From contig CAZIYQ010000002.1 in NCBI GenBank assembly GCA_964543505.1, forward strand, positions 1 through 36,758: a DNA stretch of 36,758 nucleotides. The letters are read 5' to 3'. Below the pieces are notes generated by a model that saw nothing but the letters and a program-made list of their open reading frames with translations, was not told the DNA's origin and did no database searches. Below, piece after piece: positions 27,621 through 36,758 of this stretch. The stretch comes from an uncultured bacterium (lineage in GTDB: Bacteria; Fidelibacterota; Marinisomatia; SCGC-AAA003-L08; JACNLC01). Position numbers and translations under genes: made by a program. Every line of letters begins with the position of its first letter. Positions within the stretch are counted from its first letter, which is position 1.

Positions 27621-28163
27621 TTAAGCTCCAATTGTCTTTCCGGCTTTCCTGCGTACCTGCTCATCGGAATATCTTATGCCCTTACCCTTGTATGGTTCAG
27701 GTACTCTGAAAGAGCGGATTTTAGCAGCGACGTGGCCAACTAATTGTTTGTCAATTCCCCGTATGATGATAATAGTAGGTTTGGGGGTTTCTAATGTAAT
27801 TCCATCCGGGATCTGTATATAGATGGGATGCGAATAGCCAACGTTCAAGAGAAGGAATTTACCACTCTTGGCATCAGCAGTGTACCCAACACCTACTAAG
27901 TTAAGTTCTTTTGTGTATCCTTCGGACACACCCTTCACAAGATTTGCGATCAGTGCCCTGAAAAGACCATGTAATTCCCGATGTTTTTTTGAATCACTGG
28001 CTCGCAGGACAGAAATCTTGCCCTCTTCAATCTGAAGCTTAATGTCAGGATGTATTTCCTGAGTCAGCTCTCCAAGTTTTCCTTTTACAGTGAGGACAGA
28101 ATCAACCGGTTTGATTTCTACCCCATCAGGTATTTGGATTGGTATTTTTCCGATTCGTGACAT
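27621..28163 (-). CDS. rplF: 50S ribosomal protein L6
   Basis: 180 aa. [23 protein letters not shown] and [10 protein letters not shown]. Confidence 0.95.
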   Translation of the reverse strand: MSRIGKIPIQIPDGVEIKPVDSVLTVKGKLGELTQEIHPDIKLQIEEGKISVLRASDSKKHRELHGLFRALIANLVKGVSEGYTKELNLVGVGYTADAKSGKFLLLNVGYSHPIYIQIPDGITLETPKPTIIIIRGIDKQLVGHVAAKIRSFRVPEPYKGKGIRYSDEQVRRKAGKTIGA

Positions 28164-28188
28164 TATTCAATTACCAATTTAATTTTTA

Positions 28189-28587
28189 TTACCAGACATG
28201 ACACAGAACTTCACCGCCAACATTCAGTTTCCGAGCGGTTTTGCTGGAAACTACGCCTTTGGAAGTTGTTAATATCGCAACGCCCATACCATTCAACACT
28301 CTGGGGATATGGCTGCCGTCAGCATAAATCCGGCAACCAGGCTTGCTGATTCTTTTGATTCCCTGAATAACAGGGAGACCAGATTTCTGATAATTCAGGA
28401 ACAATCTTAGAATCCCCTGCTTATTGTCTTTTATAATAATATAATCACGGATGAAATGCTCTTCTTTTAAGACATAAGATATTCTGGTTTTCAGATTTGA
28501 ACCCGGTATATCTACCCAACTTTTTTTAGCACCTTGTGCATTTCGGATTCTTGTTAAATAATCCGCTACAGGATCGGTCATTGACAT
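28189..28587 (-). CDS. rpsH: 30S ribosomal protein S8
   Basis: 132 aa. DPVADYLTRIRNA and GGEVLCHVW. Confidence 0.95.
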   Translation of the reverse strand: MSMTDPVADYLTRIRNAQGAKKSWVDIPGSNLKTRISYVLKEEHFIRDYIIIKDNKQGILRLFLNYQKSGLPVIQGIKRISKPGCRIYADGSHIPRVLNGMGVAILTTSKGVVSSKTARKLNVGGEVLCHVW

Positions 28588-28600
28588 ATTTTAGTTACCC

Positions 28601-28786
28601 TTACCAACTTGCTTTGGTTATACCAGGGATTAGACCGTTGAGAGCCATTTCCCTAAAACAGATGCGGCAGAGACCAAATTTTCTATAAACAGCTTTGGGT
28701 CTTCCGCAATTATTACACCTGGAATATTTTCTTGTAGAGAACTTAGGTTCTCTTTTTGCTTTTACAACGAGCGCTTTTCTTGCCAT
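28601..28786 (-). CDS. rpsN: 30S ribosomal protein S14, type Z (zinc-binding)
   Basis: 61 aa. [23 protein letters not shown] (CxxC...CxxC). Confidence 0.95.
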   Translation of the reverse strand: MARKALVVKAKREPKFSTRKYSRCNNCGRPKAVYRKFGLCRICFREMALNGLIPGITKASW

Positions 28787-29385
28787 TAGGCAGCCTCCTC
28801 AGAATCGCTTTTATTTGCTGGTTTGCGCATAGGAAAACCCAATGCAATCAACAACTCATAAGCTTTCTCATCAGTGTCAGCCGTCGTAACAACAGTAATA
28901 TTCATCCCTCTCACTTTATCAATTCTATCATAATTAATTTCCGGAAAAATAATCTGTTCGGTAACGCCTACATTGTAATTACCGCGACCGTCGAACCCTT
29001 TAGCGGATAGACCACGGAAGTCCCTTATTCTGGGAGTTGCCAAACTGATGAACCGATCAAGAAACTCGTACATACGGAATCCGCGAAGCGTTACCCTTAG
29101 CCCAACCGGGTCATTGGCCCGTATTTTAAAATTTGAAATAGCTTTTTTTGCTTTAGTAACAACAGGATTTTGACCGGAAATCAGTGCCATCTCTGAAATT
29201 GCCGCTTTCAGACTATTAGCATTTTCCCGCGCATCACCAATCCCCATATTTAATACAATCTTTGTGAGCTTGGGGATCATCATGTCATTTTTCAATTTTA
29301 ACTTTTCTTTGAGGTAAGATCTGGTCTTTTCTTTATAGGCCAGCATCAACCTTGGCTGATAATCTTTGCTATCTTTATTTGACAT
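28786..29385 (-). CDS. rplE: 50S ribosomal protein L5
   Basis: 199 aa. [11 protein letters not shown] and [16 protein letters not shown], with short N- and C-terminal extensions. Confidence 0.94.
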   Translation of the reverse strand: MSNKDSKDYQPRLMLAYKEKTRSYLKEKLKLKNDMMIPKLTKIVLNMGIGDARENANSLKAAISEMALISGQNPVVTKAKKAISNFKIRANDPVGLRVTLRGFRMYEFLDRFISLATPRIRDFRGLSAKGFDGRGNYNVGVTEQIIFPEINYDRIDKVRGMNITVVTTADTDEKAYELLIALGFPMRKPANKSDSEEAA

Positions 29386-29386
29386 T

Positions 29387-29692
29387 TTAGTCTATTATTT
29401 CCTGTGTTTTTTTGGCAATTCTAACTTTTTTGCCATTTTCAAGCATCTTATATCCGACTTTAACAGGATTCCCATTAAACATCAGCTTCACATTTGAGAT
29501 CTGAATTGCGGACTCCTTTTGCTGACGTCCACCCTGTGGGTTTTCATCGGATGGCCTCATATGTTTCGTGATAATTGCGATACCCTCAACCAATATTTTA
29601 TTGGTTTTAGGATAGACCCTCAAAACTCTTCCGGTCTTACCCTTATCACTGCCTGTGATAATTTTAACGGTTTCACCCTTTTTAACAAACAT
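29387..29692 (-). CDS. rplX: 50S ribosomal protein L24
   Basis: 101 aa. [23 protein letters not shown] motif. Confidence 0.95.
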   Translation of the reverse strand: MFVKKGETVKIITGSDKGKTGRVLRVYPKTNKILVEGIAIITKHMRPSDENPQGGRQQKESAIQISNVKLMFNGNPVKVGYKMLENGKKVRIAKKTQEIID

Positions 29693-29695
29693 AAT

Positions 29696-30064
29696 TTATA
29701 TTACCTCGGGTGCTAATGATACTATTTTCATATACTGTTTTTCTCTTAATTCACGAGCGACGGGTCCAAAAACACGGGTACCCTGAGGCTCACCCTGGGC
29801 GTCAAGTAAAACGGCCGCATTTTCATCAAAACGAATATAAGAACCATCTTTCCGACGGACTTCTTTTCTAACCCGCACCACTACAGCTCGTACAACGTCC
29901 CCCTTTTTTACAACACCACCTGGTATTGCTTTTTTTACAGTGACAACAATTTTGTCACCGAGGCGCGCGTATCTGCGGCTAGTGCCGCCAAGTACCTTTA
30001 TACAGAGAACTTCCTTTGCCCCCGTGTTATCGGCCACTTTTAATCTTGTTTCCTGCTGAATCAT
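29696..30064 (-). CDS. rplN: 50S ribosomal protein L14
   Basis: 122 aa. [27 protein letters not shown]. Confidence 0.97.
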   Translation of the reverse strand: MIQQETRLKVADNTGAKEVLCIKVLGGTSRRYARLGDKIVVTVKKAIPGGVVKKGDVVRAVVVRVRKEVRRKDGSYIRFDENAAVLLDAQGEPQGTRVFGPVARELREKQYMKIVSLAPEVI

Positions 30065-30082
30065 TTCACATCCTGTTCAGAT

Positions 30083-30343
30083 TTATGCGTCTTTTGACGA
30101 TTTCTCAATTTCCAACACACGCCATCTTTTCAGTTTACTCAATGGACGTGATTCTATTATTCGGACTGTGTCCCCTGCTGCACATCTATTTTCTTCATCA
30201 TGCGCATAGTATTTTTTGTTTGTCGTTATATATTTTTTATACACTGGATGGGGGGTTTTGCGAGTAACCTGCACTACCGCCGTTTTATCCATTTTTGAGG
30301 GAAGTACAACCCCCTTAACAATTCTCTTCTGTCCCTCGGCCAT
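30083..30343 (-). CDS. rpsQ: 30S ribosomal protein S17
   Basis: 86 aa. [16 protein letters not shown]...YAHDE...[14 protein letters not shown]. Confidence 0.95.
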   Translation of the reverse strand: MAEGQKRIVKGVVLPSKMDKTAVVQVTRKTPHPVYKKYITTNKKYYAHDEENRCAAGDTVRIIESRPLSKLKRWRVLEIEKSSKDA

Positions 30344-30553
30344 TTACTCTTCCTCCTTGCGTATGCCTAAATCATACTCTTTGATGGCAGTCTTAATCTG
30401 AGCGATTTCTCTGCGTAACAATTTTATCTGCTGCGGATGCTCAAGCTGCTGTAACGCTTTTTGAAAGCGAAGATTGAACAATGCTTCCATGTTATCCGTG
30501 AGTTTTATTCCGAGTTCTTCTTTCGAAAGATCATTTAATTCTTGACGTTTCAC
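30344..30553 (-). CDS. rpmC: 50S ribosomal protein L29
   Basis: Trimmed to GTG at 30553 (69 aa, (M)KRQELNDLSKEEL...LFNLRFQ). GGAG lies 6 nt upstream. The 106-aa track model overlaps rplP. Confidence 0.88.
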   Translation of the reverse strand: MKRQELNDLSKEELGIKLTDNMEALFNLRFQKALQQLEHPQQIKLLRREIAQIKTAIKEYDLGIRKEEE

Positions 30554-30554
30554 C

Positions 30555-30974
30555 CTAAACTCCAAATTCTCTTCTGGGGACAAGCTTTGTTTGAATTGGC
30601 AGTTTGTGGCCGCATCTGCGAAATGCCTCCGCCGCATCTTCCTCAGATACCCCATCGATTTCAAATAATATTCTGCCCGGCTTTACAACCGCAACCCAAT
30701 ATTCGGGAGCTCCCTTACCTTTACCCATTCTTGTTTCAGCGGGTTTTTTAGTGATGGCTTTATGCGGAAAGATTCGTATCCACATTTTTCCAACTTTTTT
30801 CACCTGTCTTGCAATTGTGATACGTGCGGCTTCAATTTGTCTACTCGTAATCCAGCCACATTCCATAGCTTTCAAACCGTAGGTACCGAAGGCAACGTAG
30901 TCACCCGTATTGGACATCCCGCGCATTCTGCCCTTTTGGGGCTTTCTGTATTTAATTTTTTTTGGTGCAAGCAT
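30555..30974 (-). CDS. rplP: 50S ribosomal protein L16
   Basis: 139 aa. [19 protein letters not shown] and [19 protein letters not shown]. Confidence 0.96.
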   Translation of the reverse strand: MLAPKKIKYRKPQKGRMRGMSNTGDYVAFGTYGLKAMECGWITSRQIEAARITIARQVKKVGKMWIRIFPHKAITKKPAETRMGKGKGAPEYWVAVVKPGRILFEIDGVSEEDAAEAFRRCGHKLPIQTKLVPRREFGV

Positions 30975-30976
30975 TA

Positions 30977-31621
30977 TTAATAAATCCTGTTTTTCTTGTT
31001 ACGCACCTCGCCATGGTATATCCAGACTTTGACGCCTATGATACCATAAGTGGTATTGGATTCAACCAACGCATAATCAATATCTGCCCTTAAAGTATGC
31101 AAGGGCACTCTACCTTCACGGAAAGTCTCTCTCCTGGCAATTTCAGCTCCACTTAAGCGCCCGGCAACCTGAACCCTTACACCGAGAGCCCCCATGGTCA
31201 TTGTAGATTGAATTGCTTTTTTGACTGCCCGGCGATAAGAAACTTTTTTCTCAAGCTGCTGAGCAATATTCTGCCCAACCAAATTTGCGTTCAACCCAGG
31301 CCGTTTGATTTCTGATATATTTACCTGAACACTATAGCCTATGATTTTTTTCAATTCTTTCTTTAGGGCTTCAACCTCCGACCCACTGCGACCAATCACA
31401 ATACCCGGACGAGCTGTCATAATCGTAACAATAACCTTTTTAGGAGTTCTGCTGATTTGCACACTGCCTACGGCAGCCTGCCGGAAACGATTAAGGATAA
31501 AGTTACGTAAAATGATATCCTCATGTAGTTTTTCCGCAAAATCTTTTTCGTCAAACCAGATGGAACTCCATGTTTTATTGACGCCTAATCTATATCCAAT
31601 TGGATTTGTTTTCTGTCCCAA
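30977..31621 (-). CDS. rpsC: 30S ribosomal protein S3
   Basis: 214 aa. (M)[12 protein letters not shown] with KH domain. The start codon is TTG (31621..31619), preceded by GAGG and a 5-nt spacer. Confidence 0.95.
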   Translation of the reverse strand: MGQKTNPIGYRLGVNKTWSSIWFDEKDFAEKLHEDIILRNFILNRFRQAAVGSVQISRTPKKVIVTIMTARPGIVIGRSGSEVEALKKELKKIIGYSVQVNISEIKRPGLNANLVGQNIAQQLEKKVSYRRAVKKAIQSTMTMGALGVRVQVAGRLSGAEIARRETFREGRVPLHTLRADIDYALVESNTTYGIIGVKVWIYHGEVRNKKNRIY

Positions 31622-31629
31622 ATTGACCT

Positions 31630-31971
31630 CTACTTACCGTTATCAGAAATTACAATTGTGAGGTGGCTGGTTCTTTTCCTAATTGGAACACCACGCCCCA
31701 TAGCTGCCGCGCGCCATCTTTTCATAGGTGGACCCTCGTTCACAAAAGCCTCTTTAATAATCAACTTTTGGTCATCCACGGCGTCGTTACGATCCTGCAT
31801 ATTTGCAACGGCAGATTTTAATGTTTTATGTATAAAAAATGCTGCCTTTTTATTCATGAAATTTAAGCTCGTTAAAGCATCATTCACTTTTTTACCACGA
31901 ACCGTATCAAGGACCTGGCGCATTTTACGGGGAGCCTGTCTTAAATGTTTTGATGTCGCCCTTACGTCCAT
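31630..31971 (-). CDS. rplV: 50S ribosomal protein L22
   Basis: 113 aa. LRQAPRKMRQVLDTVRGK and KRWRAAAMGRGVPIRKRTSH. Confidence 0.95.
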   Translation of the reverse strand: MDVRATSKHLRQAPRKMRQVLDTVRGKKVNDALTSLNFMNKKAAFFIHKTLKSAVANMQDRNDAVDDQKLIIKEAFVNEGPPMKRWRAAAMGRGVPIRKRTSHLTIVISDNGK

Positions 31972-31973
31972 TT

Positions 31974-32246
31974 CTACCTCTTCTTCTTATCGCCCGCATG
32001 ACCACGGAATAATCTTGTAGGAGAAAACTCACCAAGTTTGTGCCCTACCATACTTTCAGCAACATAGACGGGAATGAACTTGTGGCCATTATGAACAGCA
32101 AAAGTATGACCCACAAAAAGTGGTGGTATTGTTGACCTTCTGGCCCAGGTTTTGACAACCTGTTTTTTCTTTGTTTCATTGAGAGCCTGAATCTTTTTCA
32201 CTAATTTCGGATCAAGATAGGGCCCTTTTTTCAAGGATCGAGCCAT
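31974..32246 (-). CDS. rpsS: 30S ribosomal protein S19
   Basis: 90 aa. [25 protein letters not shown] and GHKLGEF. Confidence 0.96.
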   Translation of the reverse strand: MARSLKKGPYLDPKLVKKIQALNETKKKQVVKTWARRSTIPPLFVGHTFAVHNGHKFIPVYVAESMVGHKLGEFSPTRLFRGHAGDKKKR

Positions 32247-32249
32247 TAA

Positions 32250-33077
32250 TTATTTTCTCCGTTTCACAATATAACGATTCGTTTTATTTTTCTTTTTCCT
32301 GGTCTTGAATCCTTTAGCAGGAGTACCCCAGGGAGATACAGGATGTCTGCCACCGGAAGTCTTACCTTCACCTCCACCATGCGGATGATCAACTGGATTC
32401 ATAGCAACACCACGAACTTTAGGTCTTTTGCCTAGCCAGCGATTTCGACCAGCTTTCCCAATGTCAATATTTTCGTGTGATTTATTACCAACGATACCAA
32501 TAGTGGCCTGACATAACTCCGGGATCATCCTCATTTCACCAGAAGGCAGCTTTAAGGTAACCATGCCTCCCTCTTTAGCCATGATCCTAGCATAGGCACC
32601 TGCACTTCTCGCCATTTGTCCGCCTTTACCAGGTTTCATTTCAATATTATGCACCAACATGCCATCGGGGATATTAACCATTGGCGTGGAATTCCCGGGT
32701 TTGATGGGTGTACGATCCTGCGAAGATAATATTGGAGTGCCAACTGTCACACCATCCGGGGCAAGGATATATCTTTTTTCACTGTCTTCATATTCAATAA
32801 GTGCAATACGAGATGATCGATTGGGGTCATATTCAATTGCGATTACTGATCCAGCGATATCAAATTTGTTTCTTTTAAAATCAATAATACGGTAACGTCG
32901 CCTGTGACCACCGCCGCGGCGCCTGCTGGTGATTCGACCATTATTATTTCTTCCACCCGTTTTTCTTAGTGCCTCAGTGAGCTTACGTTCGGGATGATCT
33001 TTTGTGATCTCCTCGAATGTCGAAATCGTTTTATAGCGCTGACTGGGCGTGATAGGTCTTAAATTTCTTACAGGCAT
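32250..33077 (-). CDS. rplB: 50S ribosomal protein L2
   Basis: Trimmed to the ATG at 33077 (275 aa, [15 protein letters not shown]), which clears the rplW stop. [23 protein letters not shown] motif. Confidence 0.94.
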   Translation of the reverse strand: MPVRNLRPITPSQRYKTISTFEEITKDHPERKLTEALRKTGGRNNNGRITSRRRGGGHRRRYRIIDFKRNKFDIAGSVIAIEYDPNRSSRIALIEYEDSEKRYILAPDGVTVGTPILSSQDRTPIKPGNSTPMVNIPDGMLVHNIEMKPGKGGQMARSAGAYARIMAKEGGMVTLKLPSGEMRMIPELCQATIGIVGNKSHENIDIGKAGRNRWLGKRPKVRGVAMNPVDHPHGGGEGKTSGGRHPVSPWGTPAKGFKTRKKKNKTNRYIVKRRK

Positions 33078-33081
33078 GGAC

Positions 33082-33399
33082 TTAAACCTCTCCACCGACG
33101 ATATCGATTGTATAACCCGTCTCTAAAGTGACGATGGCTTTTTTCCAGCTGGCACGCAGGCCATTCGTCCTCAAAACACGGTCATTGCTTCTGATCGTGA
33201 CGGATTTCCTTTTACCCCTGACATTCATTGTTGCGACCTTTTTAACTCGAACATTAAAACGCTTTTCTACCGCTTTTCTAATCTCAAGTTTATTGGCATT
33301 TTTCTCAACCTGAAATACGTGCTTATTTAAATCTGAACTCAATCCTGTGCTTTTCTCACTAAGGATTGGCTGTATTATTATTGTACTTTTAATGGACAT
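33082..33399 (-). CDS. rplW: 50S ribosomal protein L23
   Basis: 105 aa. PILSEKS...[25 protein letters not shown]. Confidence 0.94.
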   Translation of the reverse strand: MSIKSTIIIQPILSEKSTGLSSDLNKHVFQVEKNANKLEIRKAVEKRFNVRVKKVATMNVRGKRKSVTIRSNDRVLRTNGLRASWKKAIVTLETGYTIDIVGGEV

Positions 33400-33401
33400 A
33401 A

Positions 33402-34031
33402 TTAATTAGATAGTTGTTTATTAAGTGCTTCAACACCTGCTTTGTCGATGAGTAGTGTTTTACAATCAAGAAGGTCATATGTTGATGCAGATTGAGCAGG
33501 CAGAACAGCAATATTTCTTACATTGCGTGAACTTAACCACAATTTTTCAGACATCTCTGCCGTGAGAATAGTAAGTTTTTTATCCCTAAGTTTCAAATTA
33601 TCCAGAATGGATATGAATTCTTTCGTTTTACCATTTTCAAGGTTAAAGCTATCAATGACCATAAAATTTCCGGCTGTAACTTTTTGTGAGAGAACACTTT
33701 TCCGAGCCAAGCGACGGACCTTTTTATTGACCTTAATTTGATAGGTTCTTGGTTTTGGACCAAAAGCAGATCCACCATGTACCCGTGAGGGATTTCTCAA
33801 CGAACCACTTCTTGAACGACCGGTTCCTTTTTGACGAAAAGGTTTTTTACCCGTGCCACTTACCTCACCTCTTGTCTTCGATGATGAGGTTCCCTGGCGC
33901 AGTGCAAGCATTTCTGATTTTACAGCGAAATAAACACTATCTTCGTGGGGGGTGATTCCAAATACAGAATCCTCCAAAGTCACTTTTTCTGTTAATTTTT
34001 CGCCGGTCTGATTGTATATTTCGAATTTCAT
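33402..34031 (-). CDS. rplD: 50S ribosomal protein L4
   Basis: 209 aa. RQGTSSSKTRGEVSGTGKKPFRQKGTGRSRSGS, typical of L4. Confidence 0.95.
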   Translation of the reverse strand: MKFEIYNQTGEKLTEKVTLEDSVFGITPHEDSVYFAVKSEMLALRQGTSSSKTRGEVSGTGKKPFRQKGTGRSRSGSLRNPSRVHGGSAFGPKPRTYQIKVNKKVRRLARKSVLSQKVTAGNFMVIDSFNLENGKTKEFISILDNLKLRDKKLTILTAEMSEKLWLSSRNVRNIAVLPAQSASTYDLLDCKTLLIDKAGVEALNKQLSN

Positions 34032-34039
34032 GATTTTGC

Positions 34040-34663
34040 TTATTTAGAAAGCGCGACTAATCCGTTTTTTGAACCGGGTACTGCGCCTTTTACGAAAATT
34101 TGATTGTTTTCAATATCTATTCTAATGACCCGGAGATTTTTAACGGTAACCGTATCATTCCCCATATTTCCAGCCATACGCGTTCCAGGCCAGACTCTTG
34201 CAGGGTCAGCACTTGAACCCACCGAACCTGCTTTTCTCATAACACTGTTTTTACCATGAGATTTGCGCCCGCCTGAAAATCCATGCCTTTTCATATGACC
34301 AGCAAATCCTTTACCCTTACTGTTCCCGGATACTTTGATCTTGTCGCCCTCTTTGAATATATCAACTTTAAGTTCAGCACCGAGGGTTAAATCTGAATTC
34401 GCACCAATTCGATATTCCTTCAAATAGCGCTTTGGAGTTGTACCAGCAGCGGCAAAATGCCCCGTCAATGCTTTTGAAGTATGAGATTCTTTCTTTTCTT
34501 CAAAAGCTAACTGAATATTTACGAACTCAGCGCATGAACTTTTTTTCACTTGTGTCACAACACAAGGACCGGCCTCGATGATCGTTACCGGGATATTTAT
34601 CCCGGTATTATCAAATACTCGAGACATTCCAATTTTTTTACCTAATAGCATATGGGTCAACAT
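34040..34663 (-). CDS. rplC: 50S ribosomal protein L3
   Basis: 207 aa. LLGKKIGMSRVF and GKGFAGHMKRHGF. An alternative ATG at 34651 is equally plausible. Confidence 0.94.
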   Translation of the reverse strand: MLTHMLLGKKIGMSRVFDNTGINIPVTIIEAGPCVVTQVKKSSCAEFVNIQLAFEEKKESHTSKALTGHFAAAGTTPKRYLKEYRIGANSDLTLGAELKVDIFKEGDKIKVSGNSKGKGFAGHMKRHGFSGGRKSHGKNSVMRKAGSVGSSADPARVWPGTRMAGNMGNDTVTVKNLRVIRIDIENNQIFVKGAVPGSKNGLVALSK

Positions 34664-34666
34664 GTC

Positions 34667-34978
34667 TTATGTCCTGATTTCTATATCTACACCAGCAGGC
34701 ATATCTAGTTTCATGAGAGCATCAACAGTTTTTGCAGTTGAGTTCATTAAATCAATGATACGCTTATGGACTTTCATCTGAAATTGCTCACGTGATTTTT
34801 TATCGACGTGAGGAGATCTATTTACCGTATAAATACTTCTTTTTGTTGGCAGTGGGATTGGTCCAAGGACTAATGCACCAGTGGATTTTGCGGTTTTTAC
34901 TATTTTTTCTGTCGATTTATCCAGAAGTACATGATCGTATGCTTGTAAGCGAATCCTGATTTTATTTAGTACTACCAT
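34667..34978 (-). CDS. rpsJ: 30S ribosomal protein S10
   Basis: 103 aa from the ATG at 34978; the track model starts one codon earlier at [18 protein letters not shown]. The SD sequence AGGAAA overlaps the tuf stop (TAGGAAATTTGATG). Confidence 0.94.
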   Translation of the reverse strand: MVVLNKIRIRLQAYDHVLLDKSTEKIVKTAKSTGALVLGPIPLPTKRSIYTVNRSPHVDKKSREQFQMKVHKRIIDLMNSTAKTVDALMKLDMPAGVDIEIRT

Positions 34979-34986
34979 CAAATTTC

Positions 34987-36183
34987 CTATTCGATAATTT
35001 CTGTAACAACACCAGCACCAACAGTACGTCCACCTTCACGTATGGCAAAACGCAGCTCTTTGTCCATCGCAATCGGGTTGATCAGTGTGATCTCAAGAGA
35101 TACATTATCTCCCGGCATCACCATTTCAGTACCCTCAGATAAATGGGCAGAACCCGTTACATCTGTCGTACGAAAATAGAACTGAGGACGATAGCCTTCG
35201 AAAAACGGAGTGTGGCGACCACCCTCCTCTTTCTTGAGGACATAGACCTTGGCATTGAATTTTGTATGTGGCGTTATGGCACCCGGTTTCGATACAACCA
35301 TCCCTCTGGCTACCTGTTTCTTCTCTACACCACGAACCAGCAAACCTGCATTATCTCCTGCCTGGCCCTGATCCAGAAGCTTGCGGAACATCTCAACTCC
35401 CGTACACACTGTCTTGATATCTTTACCGAGACCAATTAATTCTACATTGTCTCCAACCTTGACGATACCACTCTCAATTCTGCCCGTCACAACTGTACCA
35501 CGTCCGGTGATCGAGAATACATCTTCTATCGGCATCAAAAAGGGCTTATCTACATCACGCTTGGGTTCAGGGATAAAACTGTCAACAGCATCCATCAATG
35601 CAAAAATGCTCTTGTTGTCCTCATTCTCTTCACTGCCATCGGTACCAAGAGATTTTAGGGCTGACCCCATGATGATGGGTGTATCATCTCCTGGAAATCC
35701 ATAAGAATCCAGTAATTCACGCATCTCCATCTCTACAAGTTCAAGCAGTTCCGGATCGTCAACCTGATCAATTTTGTTCATATAAACTACAATAGCGGGA
35801 ACATTAACCTGACGGGCAAGCAGTAAATGCTCACGCGTCTGCTGCATGGGTCCGTCTGTGGCTGCTACAACCAAGATAGCTCCATCCATCTGAGCTGCAC
35901 CCGTAATCATGTTTTTAATGTAATCAGCATGCCCTGGACAATCTACATGAGCATAATGACGCTTTTCAGTCTCATATTCAACATGAGCTGTGTTGATCGT
36001 AATACCACGCTCTTTTTCCTCCGGAGCATTGTCGATCTGATCAAAATCTGTGATCTCTGCAAATCCCTTAGTCGATAAGCATTTGGTGATTGCTGCCGTT
36101 AATGTTGTTTTTCCATGATCAACATGACCAATTGTGCCAATGTTTACATGGGGTTTCGTTCTTTCGTATTTCTGTTTTGCCAT
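34987..36183 (-). CDS. tuf: translation elongation factor Tu
   Basis: 398 aa. [18 protein letters not shown] and NKID GTPase motifs. GAGGAG SD upstream. Confidence 0.98.
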   Translation of the reverse strand: MAKQKYERTKPHVNIGTIGHVDHGKTTLTAAITKCLSTKGFAEITDFDQIDNAPEEKERGITINTAHVEYETEKRHYAHVDCPGHADYIKNMITGAAQMDGAILVVAATDGPMQQTREHLLLARQVNVPAIVVYMNKIDQVDDPELLELVEMEMRELLDSYGFPGDDTPIIMGSALKSLGTDGSEENEDNKSIFALMDAVDSFIPEPKRDVDKPFLMPIEDVFSITGRGTVVTGRIESGIVKVGDNVELIGLGKDIKTVCTGVEMFRKLLDQGQAGDNAGLLVRGVEKKQVARGMVVSKPGAITPHTKFNAKVYVLKKEEGGRHTPFFEGYRPQFYFRTTDVTGSAHLSEGTEMVMPGDNVSLEITLINPIAMDKELRFAIREGGRTVGAGVVTEIIE

Positions 36184-36211
36184 TTTTATTTTCTCCTCAG
36201 GCCTAAATCAA

Positions 36212-36758
36212 TTAAGATGCTTTCCCATGAAATTTTTCAAGAATTCGCTCCTGAATAGAAGCTGAAGTTTTTGAGTAATGCGAAAATTGTAGCGTGAATA
36301 CGGCTCTTCCCTGGGTCATTGACCGCAATTCGGTAGCATAACCAAACATTTCAGATAGAGGAACAGTAGCTTCAATCACATGAGCATCACGGCGCTGACT
36401 CATCCCTTTAATATTTCCTCTGCGGCTGGTAATATCACCCATAACTGAACCCAAATAATCTTCCGGTACCACTACTTCAAGAGACATGACGGGTTCCAAT
36501 AAAGCAGGTCCCGCCTTTTTAGCAGCATCCTGAAATGCCATTGAACCAGCGATTTTAAAAGCCATTTCGCTTGAGTCAACCTCATGAAACGATCCAAATT
36601 TTAATGTGACTTTAAAATCTTCCATGGGGTATCCCGCCAATACACCATTTTTCGAAGCATCGGCTATTCCCTTTTGTATCGCCGGGATATACTCTTTAGG
36701 GATAACCCCGCCTACAATTTTATTAATAAATTCAAATCCTTTACCGGGTTCGCCAGGT
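36212..36758 (-). CDS. fusA: translation elongation factor G, C-terminal part (gene runs off the window edge)
   Basis: The frame stays open to the window edge beyond the track's internal Met. Translation: ...[48 protein letters not shown]...[16 protein letters not shown] (EF-G domains IV-V). Confidence 0.93.
   Translation of the reverse strand, partial: PGEPGKGFEFINKIVGGVIPKEYIPAIQKGIADASKNGVLAGYPMEDFKVTLKFGSFHEVDSSEMAFKIAGSMAFQDAAKKAGPALLEPVMSLEVVVPEDYLGSVMGDITSRRGNIKGMSQRRDAHVIEATVPLSEMFGYATELRSMTQGRAVFTLQFSHYSKTSASIQERILEKFHGKAS

Noticed and set aside
1-36758. Searched for CRISPR repeats, tandem or dispersed repeats, IS ends, toxin-antitoxin pairs or defence-type gene clusters
   Set aside because: By eye I saw no periodic repeat-spacer structure, no long repeated segments, and no transposase, nuclease/helicase/methylase or small paired ORF modules. 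Every ORF over 100 aa is accounted for by a housekeeping family or a known DUF.

Overview
This window is compact, moderately AT-rich bacterial core-genome DNA. Every credible gene lies on the minus strand. Reading the minus strand from 36758 down to 1, I find four blocks.

- **Ribosomal array:** the 3' end of fusA, then tuf fused directly to an unbroken S10-spc-alpha array (rpsJ to rplQ, including secY, map, infA, rpmJ and rpoA), with a GHL10/DUF187 glycosidase-like gene attached to its end.
- **Histidine use:** hutU-hutI, followed by the only large non-coding spacer (378 nt).
- **Gap-free eight-gene string:** efp-accB-accC-gcvH-gcvPA-GGGPS(PcrB family)-xerD-M50 protease.
- **Remaining genes:** a fused glutamate formimidoyltransferase/cyclodeaminase, mutL, miaA, a DUF502 membrane protein, a DUF885 lipoprotein, truA, an HtrA-family protease and the 5' part of purB.

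I corrected several ORF-track models. I added rpmJ, an open-ended purB and a 51-aa membrane ORF. I trimmed accB, rpoA, rpsM, rpsE, rpmC, rplB, rpsJ, the GGGPS gene and the GHL10 gene.

I found no rRNA, tRNA, CRISPR array, transposon, prophage or recognisable defence or toxin system, and I do not think the window holds a novel multi-gene system. The points worth following up are modest:

- an archaeal-type GGGP synthase homologue translationally coupled into an operon with accBC and gcvH/PA;
- a DUF885 lipoprotein that seems to have lost its HExxH metal site;
- an unannotated tail-anchored 51-aa ORF;
- a glycosidase-like gene riding on the alpha operon;
- a fused FTCD separated from hutUI;
- four 30S ribosomal protein genes starting with TTG.

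Strong Shine-Dalgarno sites together with a GGGPS homologue and a GHL10 gene loosely suggest an FCB-superphylum-like lineage. That is inference only.
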